A stretch of 64,000 bases of DNA from Candidatus Eiseniibacteriota bacterium (lineage in GTDB: Bacteria; Eisenbacteria; RBG-16-71-46). Below are positions 30,597-40,984 of the stretch, one piece after another (position 1 is the stretch's first letter; each line of letters opens with the position of its first letter). The position numbers and the translations under genes are program-made. The stretch spans positions 128,001-192,000 of the forward strand of contig CAVZLN010000009.1 in assembly GCA_963776245.1 (NCBI GenBank), in the 5' to 3' direction. A model generated the notes under the pieces. That model saw only the letters and a list, made by a program, of their open reading frames with translations, had not been told where the DNA came from and made no database searches.

Positions 30597-32080
30597 GCGC
30601 CTGCGGCGCCCCGTCCCCCCGCGTGCGGCGACTCCCGTTCCCACCCCGCCGCCGCCGCCGTCAGCCGTGTCACCGCGAGCGCGCGCCCGACCAGCCACAT
30701 CACCTCGAACAGCCCCGGGGCGGCGGTGCGCCCGGTGAGCGCGATCCGGGCGGCGGTCATGAGCTCGCCCGGCTTGATGCCCTGTTCCGCCGCCAGCCCG
30801 CGCGTGACGCGCTCGAGGCTCGCGAGGTCGAACTCCGCGTCGTCGCGCAGTCGCGCGGCCAGCGCGCGCAGGCGCGGTCCGGCCTCGGCCCGCGCCAGCA
30901 GGTCGGCCCACGCGGCCGGATCCATCTCGAGGTCCTCGCTCAACGCGAACGCCCCCACCGATGCCGCGTCGGCCAGGGTCTTGAGCCGGTCGCCGAGCGC
31001 GCGCACGAACGCGATCCGCCACTCCGGCGAGCGCGCCAGCAGGTCATGGCCGCGCGCGAGCAGGAACCCCTCGACCAGGCGCGTGCGCGTCTCGAGGTCC
31101 AGGCGCTTGAGATGCTGGGCGTTCATCCACTCGAGCTTCTGCAGGTCGAACACCGCCGGGCTGGCGATCACGCGCTCGAGCCGGAATTCGCGCTCGAGCT
31201 CGGCGAGCGTGAGCACCTCGCGGTCGTCGCCCGGCGACCAGCCGAGCAGCGCGAGGAAGTTCACCAGCGCCTCCGGCACGTAGCCGAGGTCGCGGAACGC
31301 CTCGACCGAGGTGGCGCCGTGGCGCTTGGAGAGCCGCGCGCCGTCGCTGCCGAGGATCATCGACACGTGCGCGAACACCGGCCGCGCCCAGCCGAACGCG
31401 TCGTAGAGCAGGATCTGGCGGGGCGTGTTCGAGATGTGATCGTCGCCGCGGATGACGTGCGTGATGTCCATCTCGTGGTCGTCCACCACGCACGCGAAAT
31501 TGTAGGTCGGCAGCCCATCGGAGCGCATCAGGACGAAGTCGTCGAGCACCTCGTTGGGGAACGTCACCCGCCCGCGCACCACGTCGTCCCACGCGGTCTC
31601 CCCGGCCGGATCGTGCGCGAACCGCAGCGCCGGAGCGCGCCCCTCCGCCGCGAGCGCGGCACGCGCCGCGTCGTCGAGCCGGCGGCAGCGGCCGTCGTAG
31701 CCCGCGGCGCCGCGCTCCGGTCCCGCGGCGCGGCGCGCCTCGAGCTCGTCCGCCGTGCAATAGCACGGATACGCGCGCCCCGCGGCGCGCAGCGCGTCGG
31801 CATGAAGGCGATAGCGCCCGCGGCGCTCGGACTGGAAGTACGGGCCGTACGGTCCGCTCTTGTCCGGTCCTTCGTCCCACTCGAGCCCGAGCCAGCGCAG
31901 GCTGTCGAGGATGGTGCGCACCGACTCCTCGGTGGAGCGCGCGGCGTCGGTGTCCTCGATGCGCAGCACGAACGCCCCTCCCCGCCCCCGCGCGAACAGC
32001 TGGTTGTAGAGGGCGGTGCGCACGCCGCCGACGTGCAGGTGACCGGTCGGGCTGGGCGCGAAGCGGACGCGGACGCTCAT
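30593..32080 (-). CDS. gltX: Glutamate--tRNA ligase
   Basis: RVRFAPSPTGHLHVGG (HIGH); LRIEDTD; IRGDDH; RLSKRHG (KMSKS); anticodon-binding domain; adjacent tRNA-Gln and tRNA-Glu. Confidence 0.96.
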   Translation of the reverse strand: MSVRVRFAPSPTGHLHVGGVRTALYNQLFARGRGGAFVLRIEDTDAARSTEESVRTILDSLRWLGLEWDEGPDKSGPYGPYFQSERRGRYRLHADALRAAGRAYPCYCTADELEARRAAGPERGAAGYDGRCRRLDDAARAALAAEGRAPALRFAHDPAGETAWDDVVRGRVTFPNEVLDDFVLMRSDGLPTYNFACVVDDHEMDITHVIRGDDHISNTPRQILLYDAFGWARPVFAHVSMILGSDGARLSKRHGATSVEAFRDLGYVPEALVNFLALLGWSPGDDREVLTLAELEREFRLERVIASPAVFDLQKLEWMNAQHLKRLDLETRTRLVEGFLLARGHDLLARSPEWRIAFVRALGDRLKTLADAASVGAFALSEDLEMDPAAWADLLARAEAGPRLRALAARLRDDAEFDLASLERVTRGLAAEQGIKPGELMTAARIALTGRTAAPGLFEVMWLVGRALAVTRLTAAAAGWERESPHAGGRGAAGA

Positions 32081-32122
32081 GGCTCAAGGGTCTCCGGCGG
32101 CGGCGGGTGGACGGGGCCGCGC

Positions 32123-32151
32123 ACGTTACGGAGCGGGCGCGCCAGGGTCAA
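32123..32151 (-). promoter_or_regulatory. Putative sigma-70 promoter of gltX
   Basis: TTGACC-N17-TAACGT. Confidence 0.55.
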
Positions 32152-32218
32152 GAGACGCCGGCAGCGGCCGGGTCGGTCCCCGCGGCGGCCACGCGCACGG
32201 CTCGGGCATGCCGCGGGC

Positions 32219-33415
32219 TCATCGCGCGCGCTTCCGGCGCACGTCGGCGATCACGCGGTCGAGCACGCCGGTCAGGACCTCCAGCACCACGTCGGGAGCG
32301 TGGTGCCGCGCCGCGTACGCGCGGGCGCGCGCGCCGGCCTCGCGCCGCGCGCCGGGATCCTCCATCAGCGTGCGTACCGCCGCGCTCAGCGACGCCGGGT
32401 CCGGCGCGTGCGCCCCCAGCCCCTCACGGGTGACGAGCCCGTCGGGATCCACCCCGGAGACGGTCGGCAGGCCGGCGGCCCACGCCTCGAGCAGCACGTT
32501 CGAGAAGCCCTCGAGACCCGAGGTGTGCACCATCAGGGACGCGCGCCGGCGGAGCGCCGCCACCTCGTCGTCGGGCAGGAAGCCGTGCACCTCGAGGTTC
32601 GGGATCTCGCGCGCCGCCGCCACGGCCGCGTCCCACGCGTCCCGCTTCAGCGGGGGCGGCGGGACCACCCCGGCCATCACGAACCGGTAGCGCGGCAGCC
32701 CGCGCGCGAGCTCGATGAACCACTCGGGGCGCTTGGTGCGCTTGTAGGTGGCGAGCCACAGCACGATGCCGTCCTGCCCCGGGTCGACCGGCTCCGCCGG
32801 GATGTCCACGATGTTCGGCAGCAGCTCGCTGGCGACGCCGTACTCCGCGCGCAGGCGATCGCGCTGGAAGACGGTCTGCGCCAGCACCTGATCGGCGTGG
32901 CCCAGCGCGCGCTCGTACCAGCGTCGGTGGGTGACCCCCACGTCCGGCGGCGGCCGTCGCACCACGTCGTGGTCGGTCATCATCGCGAGCACGAAGCCCG
33001 CGCCGCGCCATCTCGCGACGTCCGAGGTGAGCCCCGCCGGCATGCCCGAGCCGCACACGTAGTACACGTCCGCCGCCGCGCGCATCAGCCCGGCGGTCGC
33101 GAGGCTCAGGCGCGGGTGGACGAATCGCAGCACGCGCAGCCCCTGTCCCGGGCGGAACGTGCGCAGCACGGTGACCCCGTCCAGCACCTCGCGCGCCGGC
33201 TGCCCGAAGTCGCAGGTCACCAGGCTCACCTCGTACCCGCGCGGCACCAGCCCGCGCGCGAGACGCGTGACCAGCGCCTCCGAGCCGCCCGCGAACCCCA
33301 TCGGGCGGCGGGCCATCAGGGGATAGGCGTACTCCGAGTAGAAGCACACCCGGCCGCGTGAGCGCGGCGGGACCGCTGGAGCGGTGTCATCGGCGGCGCT
33401 CGCGGGCGGGACCAT
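32219..33415 (-). CDS. Glycosyltransferase family 4 (start uncertain)
   Basis: FAGGSE; KRPEWF; SGLEGFSNVLLEAWAAGLP. Confidence 0.85.
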   Translation of the reverse strand: MVPPASAADDTAPAVPPRSRGRVCFYSEYAYPLMARRPMGFAGGSEALVTRLARGLVPRGYEVSLVTCDFGQPAREVLDGVTVLRTFRPGQGLRVLRFVHPRLSLATAGLMRAAADVYYVCGSGMPAGLTSDVARWRGAGFVLAMMTDHDVVRRPPPDVGVTHRRWYERALGHADQVLAQTVFQRDRLRAEYGVASELLPNIVDIPAEPVDPGQDGIVLWLATYKRTKRPEWFIELARGLPRYRFVMAGVVPPPPLKRDAWDAAVAAAREIPNLEVHGFLPDDEVAALRRRASLMVHTSGLEGFSNVLLEAWAAGLPTVSGVDPDGLVTREGLGAHAPDPASLSAAVRTLMEDPGARREAGARARAYAARHHAPDVVLEVLTGVLDRVIADVRRKRAR

Positions 33416-33544
33416 GGTCGGCGGGAGTCCTCGGGGCGGCCAGCGTGAAGTGGGCGCGGACCAACCTACGCCGGTGGTTCGAAGGTCGTCAAGAACCACC
33501 GCCGGCCGCCCGGACCGCTCGAGGGGCGCGCGATGGCGCCCGCC

Positions 33545-35860
33545 TCACCTCCTCGAGGCTGCGACCACGCCGGATGGCTCGCCATCCAGGACCTCGCGCA
33601 CCTTCGCGAGCAGGGCATCCAGTGAGAACGGCTTGGTGAGGAGGGAGGCGCCCGGGTCGAGCACGCCGTGCCGCACCATCTCGTCGGAGGCGTACCCCGA
33701 GAGGTAGAGGATCCGGGCCTCCGGTCGCCGGGGGACGAGCCGATCCACCAGCTCACGACCGCTCATGCCCGGCATCACCACGTCGGTCACCACCAGGTGG
33801 ATGGGGCCCTCGTGCGCCTCCGCGAGGCGCAGCGCCTCCTCGCCGCCGGCCGCGGCGATCACGGCGTAGCCGTGGTCGGTGAGGGCCTCGGCCAGCAGCT
33901 CCCGCAGGGCCTCCTCGTCTTCCACGAGGAGCAGGGCCTCGGTCCCGCGTGGCGGCCGGGCCCCCGGTGCGGCCTCCTCGCCGCCTTGCACCTCCTCGAC
34001 CTGGGGCAGGTAGATCCGGAAACTGGTGCCGAGTCCGGGCTCGCTGTCGACCGACACGTATCCGCCGCTCTGCTTGACGATCCCGTAGACGGTGGAGAGT
34101 CCCAGGCCGGTGCCCTGTCCTGGACCCTTCGTGGTGTAGAAGGGCTCGAAGGCATGAGCCAGCGTCTCGGGGTCCATCCCGTGCCCGGTGTCAGTCACCA
34201 TGAGCTTGATCCACGGGCCCGGGCCGGCCTCGGGCAGGTTGAGCGGAAGGCGGGAGTCGAGGGTGACATTGCTCGTCTCGATGGTGAGCCGCCCCCCGCC
34301 GGGCATGGCGTCACGCGCATTGATCGCGAGATTCATCAGCACCTGGGCGAGCTGGCCGGAATCGGCCCGGACGCAGCCCAGCGTCGCTGGGAGCACGGTG
34401 ACGAACTCGACGTCCTCCCCCACCAGCCTCCTCAGCATGTTCTCCAGGTCGGCCACGACGAGGTTCAGATCGAGGATCTTCGGCTGCAGCACCTGGCGGC
34501 GGCTGAAGGCCAGGAGCTGCCGCGTGAGCGTGGCGGCACGGGCCGCGGCTTTCGCGATCTCGTCGAGCCGTTCGTGGTTGCGGGAGTCGTCGGGCCGCGC
34601 GCGCGCGAGCAATTCGGTGTAGCCGCTGATCACGCCCAGCAGGTTGTTGAAATCGTGGGCCACGCCCCCGGCGAGGCGCCCCACCGCCTCCATCTTCTGG
34701 GCCTCCTGGAGCTGCAGCGCGAGATGGACCTCCTCGGTCACGTCGCGCTCCACCGCCACGTAGCTCACCAGCGTGCCGTCGGCGTCGCGGACCGGCGAGA
34801 TGGTCGCGTCCGCCTCGAACAGCGTGCCGTCCTTGCGCCGGTTGACGAAGCGGCCGTGCCAGACGCGGCCGGCGGTGAGGGTCTCCCACAGCTCGCGATA
34901 GAACGCCTCATCGTGCCGGCCACTCTTCAGGGCGCGCGGGTTCTGTCCGATGGCGTCCTCGCGCCGGTACCCGCTGATCCGCTCGCACGCGGGGTTGACG
35001 TAGAGGACGGTCCCCTGCGGATCGGTGATGATGATCGCCTCCGCGGCGTGCTCGACGGCGAGGGCCAGACGCGCGCGCTCCTCCTCCACGTGCTTCCGCG
35101 CGGTCACGTCCTGGAGCAGGGCGAGGCGGGCGGGGCGCCCCGCGAAGCTGATCGCATGGGAGGTCACCTCCACCGTGATCGAGGAGCCGTCCCGGCGGCG
35201 GTGGCGCCACCGGCCGGGAGTGCGGTGCGCCTCGCCGGCCTGCCGGAACACGTTCTCGAGGGCGGGCACGTCCTCCGGGGCACGGATGTCGCGGAGCGAC
35301 ATGCCGAGGAACTCCTCGCGGCTGTAGCCGTAGTGTTCGATCGCGGTCTGGTTCACGGCGAGGAACTGGAGCGTGGCCTCGTCCACCACCCACAGCGGAA
35401 CGGGATGATGCTCGAACAGCGAGCGGTACCGCTGCTCGCTCTCCTGAAGCACCTCCTTGACCAGCCGGCGGGCGGTCACGTCGTGCTCGATGATCACCCG
35501 GTGGGTGCGGCCCCGACGGTCGCGCTGGACGCAACTCCTCGCCTCGAAGACACGCCACGTCCCGTCACGGTGCCGGATGCGGTAGTCGGAGAGGAAGGTC
35601 ACACCCGACCCGGCGAAGGCGTGGGTCATGGCCTCCGTGACGGCGGGAAGGTCGTCGGGGTGGACCAACTCCAGGAAGCTCCTGCCCAACCGCTCGGCCA
35701 CGGTCCAGCCGAGCAATGTGCGGACGAGCGGGCTGATGTACACGATCTTCCCGTCCGGACCCACCTCGAGGACGAGGTCGGTGCCCTGCTCGATGAGGGC
35801 GCGAAAATCGAGATCGCCGCCGGGGACGCCGGGGTCTTCGTCATGCGTGGTCAAGGGCAC
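33545..35860 (-). CDS. Cytoplasmic hybrid histidine kinase (3 PAS, HisKA, HATPase, REC; CckA-like); start uncertain
   Basis: Three PAS/PAC domains; [40 protein letters not shown]; receiver LLVEDE..TDVVMP..KPF. Confidence 0.92.
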   Translation of the reverse strand: MPLTTHDEDPGVPGGDLDFRALIEQGTDLVLEVGPDGKIVYISPLVRTLLGWTVAERLGRSFLELVHPDDLPAVTEAMTHAFAGSGVTFLSDYRIRHRDGTWRVFEARSCVQRDRRGRTHRVIIEHDVTARRLVKEVLQESEQRYRSLFEHHPVPLWVVDEATLQFLAVNQTAIEHYGYSREEFLGMSLRDIRAPEDVPALENVFRQAGEAHRTPGRWRHRRRDGSSITVEVTSHAISFAGRPARLALLQDVTARKHVEEERARLALAVEHAAEAIIITDPQGTVLYVNPACERISGYRREDAIGQNPRALKSGRHDEAFYRELWETLTAGRVWHGRFVNRRKDGTLFEADATISPVRDADGTLVSYVAVERDVTEEVHLALQLQEAQKMEAVGRLAGGVAHDFNNLLGVISGYTELLARARPDDSRNHERLDEIAKAAARAATLTRQLLAFSRRQVLQPKILDLNLVVADLENMLRRLVGEDVEFVTVLPATLGCVRADSGQLAQVLMNLAINARDAMPGGGRLTIETSNVTLDSRLPLNLPEAGPGPWIKLMVTDTGHGMDPETLAHAFEPFYTTKGPGQGTGLGLSTVYGIVKQSGGYVSVDSEPGLGTSFRIYLPQVEEVQGGEEAAPGARPPRGTEALLLVEDEEALRELLAEALTDHGYAVIAAAGGEEALRLAEAHEGPIHLVVTDVVMPGMSGRELVDRLVPRRPEARILYLSGYASDEMVRHGVLDPGASLLTKPFSLDALLAKVREVLDGEPSGVVAASRR

Positions 35861-36072
35861 CTGCCTTGGGTGGCCACTCGCGATGGGTCGACGGGGGTCA
35901 GGGGCGGCGAAGCACAGGCGGGGGATCGTCCAGGCCGGAGGGCCTCGACGGGCCATGAGCTGCTTCGCGCTACCGGAAAGCCTAGCCTCGTGACGGCCTG
36001 CGGCTCAAGGACAATGTCGCGAGTTGTCACGCGCTGAACCATCCAGCGCGCGCCGAGGCCAGGGTTCCTGGA

Positions 36073-39000
36073 TCACCGCAGCACCACCAGCTTCTGGGAG
36101 CGGGCCCTCGCTCCGAGCACGAAGCGCATGAAGTACACACCATCGCCGACCCGCCGGCCATCGTCCGCGCGGAGGTCCCACGCCGCGGAGAACCATCCCG
36201 CGCGGGCGATGCCCTCGGCCACGGTGCGGACGCGGCGCCCGCCGAGGTCGAACACCGCGATCTCGAAGCGCGAGCCCGCGGACGCGGAGGGGACGCCGTA
36301 TCTCAACCGGGTCTCTCCGCGCGCCGGGTTGGGCTGCGGGAGCGCGAAGGCCAGATCGGTGGGCGCCACCACCGGGGGCGGAGGGACGCCGTTGTCCACC
36401 CCGACGAACACCGGATTCGAGAACAGACCGGTGCGCGCGGCGTCGTGGTGGAACTGCGGCCACGAGGGATCGCGACCGGGTGAGAACGGGAAGTCGTAGT
36501 CCCACACGTAGAAGTCGGTGTCCCAGCCCGCGAGCAGGATCTCGGTCCTGGTGTCGCCGTCGCAATCGCAGACCGCGGGCGTGCCCTTCACCTCCGCGGC
36601 GAGCACGATCGGGAAGCCCGGGAGCACCGTGCCGTCGAGGCCGCTGATCGCGGTCAGCGTGACGTCCTCGCCCCCCATCACCACGTCCTCCCATCCGTCA
36701 CCGTTGAGGTCGGCCACCACCGGGCTGCTCTCCGAGGCGGAGGTGGTGAGCCAGCTGTACGGCACGCCCCCGACCCACGGCGCGACCGGAGCGCCATTGC
36801 GGTCGAAGACGTAGATCCTGCCATCGGTGCTCGCCTGGACGATGTCGAGGAAGCCGTCATGGTTCATGTCCGCGAGCGCGGGGGACGGCGTCTTGGTCGA
36901 TCCCGAGGCGAGCAGCCCGATGGGGAAGCCGGGGCGGCGAGAACCGTCCGCCTCGATCACGTAGAGCGACTCGTCGGCCGCCGGGACCACGATCTCGAGC
37001 TGCGTGTCCCCGGGACCATCCAGGTATCCGATGGCCGGCGAGGCCGAGATCGTGTGCGCGTGGCCGAGATCGACCGGGAAGCCGGGCATCTCGGTGGCGT
37101 TGTTGCGCCACGCGTGGAGCAGGCCCGAGGACTCGCCGTACACGATCTCCTTCTTGCCGTCGCCATCGAGGTCGGCGATGGCGGGCGAGCCGTAGCTGAA
37201 GGTGCCCAGGCCGGTCTTGAACACGCCGATGGTGGCGGGATTCGCGTCGCCGTCGAAGAAGTCCGTCCCGTTCCAGCGCACCACGTAGAACCGGCCGGAG
37301 TTGGTGCCGAACGCCATCTCCTTCTTGCCGTCGCCGTCGATATCGTCGATGGCCACGGCGGAGAACGACTCCGCGGCCACGACCGGGAACCCCGGCTTCA
37401 TGCCGCCGTTCCGGTCGAAGGCGTACAGGCGCAGCGAGTCCCAGGTGGAAGCGACGAACTCCTTGAGGCCGTCGCCGTCGATGTCCGCGATCGAGGGACC
37501 GCCCGCATAGGCCTTGCCGCGCACGGTGAAGTCCCCGAGCGTGGTGCCCAGCCCGTCCGCGTCCACCGGGGTGCTGCCGTCGGGGTTGAACACGTACAGC
37601 ACTTCGGCGCCGGCTGCCATCGCGACCGGATAGCCGGCGTACACGTGGTCGATGGCGACCGGGGACGAGGTATTGGCGCCCATCGGCACCGGGAAGATGG
37701 CGTGGTTGGGCGGCACCGTGATCGCCCAGGCCTCGATCGAGAAGTCGGATTCGTTCGCCGAGGAGTCCACCGCCGCCACCTTGTAGTAGTAGCGGGTGAG
37801 CGGAGTCAGGTTCTGATCGACGTAGTACGCCACGCGGAACGTGGGCACCGAGTTCAGGCGCACGTAGGGCCCGACCTGCGAGGTGGAGCGATAGACGTTG
37901 TAGCCCAGCAGGTCGGTCTCCGTGACCTTCGCCCAGGTGAGCGAGATATCCTTCGTCGCGCCGATGGCGATGGGGTCTCCGGGCGCCGGCGGGGCGAGCA
38001 GATCGAGGGCCTGGGTGAAGAGCAACCCATAGGCGTCGGAGACCCGCAGCTCGAGCCGCGCGGCGGTGCTCGACGGGACGAACACGAACGGGTCGCCCTG
38101 GACTTCCGCCCCGGGCGCGATCGCGCCCCAGACCGCCGTGCTGTCGCTGACGGTGGCGAGTCCGTCGAGACTGCGCAGCACCGCGGTCGTGCCGACGGCG
38201 GCGCCCGTCCCCAGGTTCCTCAGGCGCACCGAGAGGCTCACGGTCTCGCCCGGATCGGGTCGCCCGTCGCTATTGCCTCCGGTGTCCACGATGACGTGAC
38301 CGTAATGGTGCAGCTCGGGCGCGCGCACCGTGAGCTGGAAGTGGTACACGAAGCGATCACCGGGGGCATCGAAGAGCTGGAGCCGGAACGGGATCTCGCG
38401 CTGATCGTTCGTTGCGTACGGGATCTGGATGCGGAAGGCGTTGGTGGGCGAGAGTGTCGCGCCGGCGAGAAAGACGCCATAGAACTGAGTGGGCGCGAGG
38501 ATGGCGACCAGGCTGTCCGTGGTGGTGAGGGTGCCGATGTAGTTCGAGCCCGAGGCCCCGCCGTTGTTGCGCATCGGCACATCGATGTCGATGGTCTCGC
38601 CCGCGTCGGGCAGGCCGTCGCCGTTGCCGATCGTGCCGTCGAGGTTGTCGTCATCCAGCACCGGCGCGAGCCCGGTCAGCGCCGGCTGCGAGGTCGCGAC
38701 GACCGGCACGTCGGACTGATGGGGCTTGCAGTTGTAGCAGGTCACCGTGAGCTCGAAGCTGCCCGCGGAATCGGGGCGGAACACGAGCGTGGCGTTGCCG
38801 GAGCCATCGGTGAGCACCGAGCTGAGATCGGCGCCCGGCTTGTAGGCCGTGACCCTCGCGTTCGGCTGGGGCACGCCGCCGATCGCGACGTTCACGCTGA
38901 ACAGGGAGTCACCGAGCGCCATGCTGGCGACGTGCGCCACCGTGAGCGTGCGGGGCGCGTTGGTGTAGAGCCGCAGCTCGGGATCGCCGAGCAGCAGCAG

Positions 39001-40803
39001 CGTCATCTCGGTCCAGCGATTGGAGCTGTTGGTGGTGGAGGTCGCGATGAACGGCAGCTTCTGCCGGGCCTGCAATTCGCCCACCGCGCTCACGCTGTCC
39101 TGGAAGAGCAGGCGGAAGTACTCGCGCTGGAACGCCCGCCCGGCGAGCGGGAAGTCGAATCGCGTGGAGCCGATGGCGGTCACCGCGCCGCCGTTGGGGG
39201 CGTGGATGAAGGCTTCCGCGAGGCAGGGGAAGTCGATCGCGGCCGACGTGCAGTCGATGGCGTAGAGGTTGATGAGGCGCCGGCCGTTGGTGAGGCTCAT
39301 GGCGTCGCCATTGGTGAAATTGGCGTCCCCGACCGACATCACATTGCGGAAGCCGTGCCCGATGTGCACGGCGATGTTCGGCCCGGCGGCGAGCGAGTCG
39401 CGGACCACGGTGAAGCGCTCCTGCAGCGCCCCGGGGCGCCAGCGCGGATCGAGATAGTTCTCGTAGAGGCGCGCGACGGAGCCGGTGGGATTCAGGTCCA
39501 GATAGGGCAGCACGTCTTCCGCGAGCTCCGCGCCGTCGAGCGTGGTGCCCATGCCGGGGGACCAGTTCTGCGGGAACAGCACCTCCGCGAACAGCAGCGT
39601 CCTGTTCTGGTAGTTGCTGGCGTCCGGGTCGGTCACGTACTGGAGGCTCTTGTCCACGAACAGCTTGGCCTGGGCCACGGTCGAAGTGGGCGCGCGCCCG
39701 ACGTACACGTCCGGGAACAGGTCCGCCGCGTCTCCGGGCACGGTCGGCGACTGGTACCCTTCGCCGTAGAGACTGTCGCCATCGGCGTTCCAGTCGCCAT
39801 CGAGGCACGAGTAGTAGAGATCCGTCGCGATCATCTCGCCGGTGTAGTACGTGGTGTAGGCGAGCCGGGTCGGCAGCACGTCGGTGTCGCCGCCGAGCAG
39901 CACCCACTTGGTGCCCCAGCGCGAGTACGCGTCGCGGATGAACAGCCGGATGCGCTCGGCGTCGTCCGCCCCGCGCGGGTACTGATCGCGCACGAACGTC
40001 ATGGTGCGCACCACCGCCGGCACGCCCGAGCGCGTCTTCCAGTCCGCCAGACGCTGGAACTCGGCCGCCATCGCGTCGCTGGTGACGATGACGTAGGCCA
40101 CCGGGCTGCCCAGCAGCGACGGCACCTGGGTGGCGACGAACGGCTGCGCGCCTCTCTCCCCGCGCTGGAGTGAGGTGGTTCGCGCCGCGCCGCCGGGAGC
40201 GGACCGGCCGTCCTCCCCCTCCCACTCGGGCACCACGCGCTCGCGCGGGACCGGCACGCCCAAGCGGGCGGGCTCGAGCGTCAGGCGAACCCGGACGTGC
40301 ACCACCCGCTCGAGGCGGCCGGTGGTCGCGTCCCAGCGCGCGGGGGCGATCGACAGCATGGCCACGCCCCGGCCGCGTTCGAATCCCTGGGCCCCGACCG
40401 TCACCGGGACGGCGGGGGTGAACCCGGGCGCGGAGAACGCCGCCGGATCTTCGGGCGTGCGCTCGTCGGTCTCGAGGCCGGGCCCCACCCGACGCGTGCT
40501 GGCCGGACGGACCGCGTCCGCCAGCGACTCGGTCTCGAGCGCCATCACTTCGACCGCCCCGATCTGGTAGCCGTCCGGGAGCTCGACGCGGTCCGAGACC
40601 TGCGGCAGGTCCGGTCGCCCCGGCGTGAGATCGGGGATCGATCCGGCGACTTCGACCGTCGTGCGTCCGTCCTTCGAGCCCAGGGTGAAGCGGGAGCGAT
40701 CGAAACGGTACTCGCGCTCGATGGTGACGGCCCCGAGGGCCGGCATCGCCAACAGGCCGAGACCCCAGATGGCGGCTGCCGCGACGAGGACTCGATGCGT
40801 CAT
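36073..40803 (-). CDS. Gingipain-like C25 cysteine peptidase with Ig/Fn3 domains, FG-GAP repeats and FlgD/T9SS-like CTD
   Basis: Signal peptide; propeptide; YVIVT..LADWK..G; VLLGGD; DLYYSCLDG; VGRAP; catalytic His (HIGHG) and Cys (IDCTS); LLGDPEL; about 7 D.DGDG..E repeats; PNP...FDLGGRRV..WD...GVYF..KLVVLR. Confidence 0.9.
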   Translation of the reverse strand: MTHRVLVAAAAIWGLGLLAMPALGAVTIEREYRFDRSRFTLGSKDGRTTVEVAGSIPDLTPGRPDLPQVSDRVELPDGYQIGAVEVMALETESLADAVRPASTRRVGPGLETDERTPEDPAAFSAPGFTPAVPVTVGAQGFERGRGVAMLSIAPARWDATTGRLERVVHVRVRLTLEPARLGVPVPRERVVPEWEGEDGRSAPGGAARTTSLQRGERGAQPFVATQVPSLLGSPVAYVIVTSDAMAAEFQRLADWKTRSGVPAVVRTMTFVRDQYPRGADDAERIRLFIRDAYSRWGTKWVLLGGDTDVLPTRLAYTTYYTGEMIATDLYYSCLDGDWNADGDSLYGEGYQSPTVPGDAADLFPDVYVGRAPTSTVAQAKLFVDKSLQYVTDPDASNYQNRTLLFAEVLFPQNWSPGMGTTLDGAELAEDVLPYLDLNPTGSVARLYENYLDPRWRPGALQERFTVVRDSLAAGPNIAVHIGHGFRNVMSVGDANFTNGDAMSLTNGRRLINLYAIDCTSAAIDFPCLAEAFIHAPNGGAVTAIGSTRFDFPLAGRAFQREYFRLLFQDSVSAVGELQARQKLPFIATSTTNSSNRWTEMTLLLLGDPELRLYTNAPRTLTVAHVASMALGDSLFSVNVAIGGVPQPNARVTAYKPGADLSSVLTDGSGNATLVFRPDSAGSFELTVTCYNCKPHQSDVPVVATSQPALTGLAPVLDDDNLDGTIGNGDGLPDAGETIDIDVPMRNNGGASGSNYIGTLTTTDSLVAILAPTQFYGVFLAGATLSPTNAFRIQIPYATNDQREIPFRLQLFDAPGDRFVYHFQLTVRAPELHHYGHVIVDTGGNSDGRPDPGETVSLSVRLRNLGTGAAVGTTAVLRSLDGLATVSDSTAVWGAIAPGAEVQGDPFVFVPSSTAARLELRVSDAYGLLFTQALDLLAPPAPGDPIAIGATKDISLTWAKVTETDLLGYNVYRSTSQVGPYVRLNSVPTFRVAYYVDQNLTPLTRYYYKVAAVDSSANESDFSIEAWAITVPPNHAIFPVPMGANTSSPVAIDHVYAGYPVAMAAGAEVLYVFNPDGSTPVDADGLGTTLGDFTVRGKAYAGGPSIADIDGDGLKEFVASTWDSLRLYAFDRNGGMKPGFPVVAAESFSAVAIDDIDGDGKKEMAFGTNSGRFYVVRWNGTDFFDGDANPATIGVFKTGLGTFSYGSPAIADLDGDGKKEIVYGESSGLLHAWRNNATEMPGFPVDLGHAHTISASPAIGYLDGPGDTQLEIVVPAADESLYVIEADGSRRPGFPIGLLASGSTKTPSPALADMNHDGFLDIVQASTDGRIYVFDRNGAPVAPWVGGVPYSWLTTSASESSPVVADLNGDGWEDVVMGGEDVTLTAISGLDGTVLPGFPIVLAAEVKGTPAVCDCDGDTRTEILLAGWDTDFYVWDYDFPFSPGRDPSWPQFHHDAARTGLFSNPVFVGVDNGVPPPPVVAPTDLAFALPQPNPARGETRLRYGVPSASAGSRFEIAVFDLGGRRVRTVAEGIARAGWFSAAWDLRADDGRRVGDGVYFMRFVLGARARSQKLVVLR

Positions 40804-40954
40804 GTGGTGGAGTCTCCGCTGATGAGACAGGTGTGACGCGCGGGTGCGAGTCCCTCGGCGTGCGGCCACGGACCGGGAGGCTGATGGCGGGCTTCGTCGT
40901 GCGATGTCGGGGACCCGTGAGGATGTGCAATGCCCGCCCCGATGGTCAGGCCTA

Positions 40955-40984
40955 AGGATACGGACCCGTCACGCCGCGGGTCAA
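40955..40984 (-). promoter_or_regulatory. Putative sigma-70 promoter of the C25 peptidase gene
   Basis: TTGACC-N18-TATCCT, about 150 nt upstream of the ATG. Confidence 0.5.

Noticed and set aside
27541..36011. Recurrent ggctcaagg in three intergenic regions (about 27542, 32081, 36002)
   Set aside because: Too short for this base composition and at inconsistent distances from starts.
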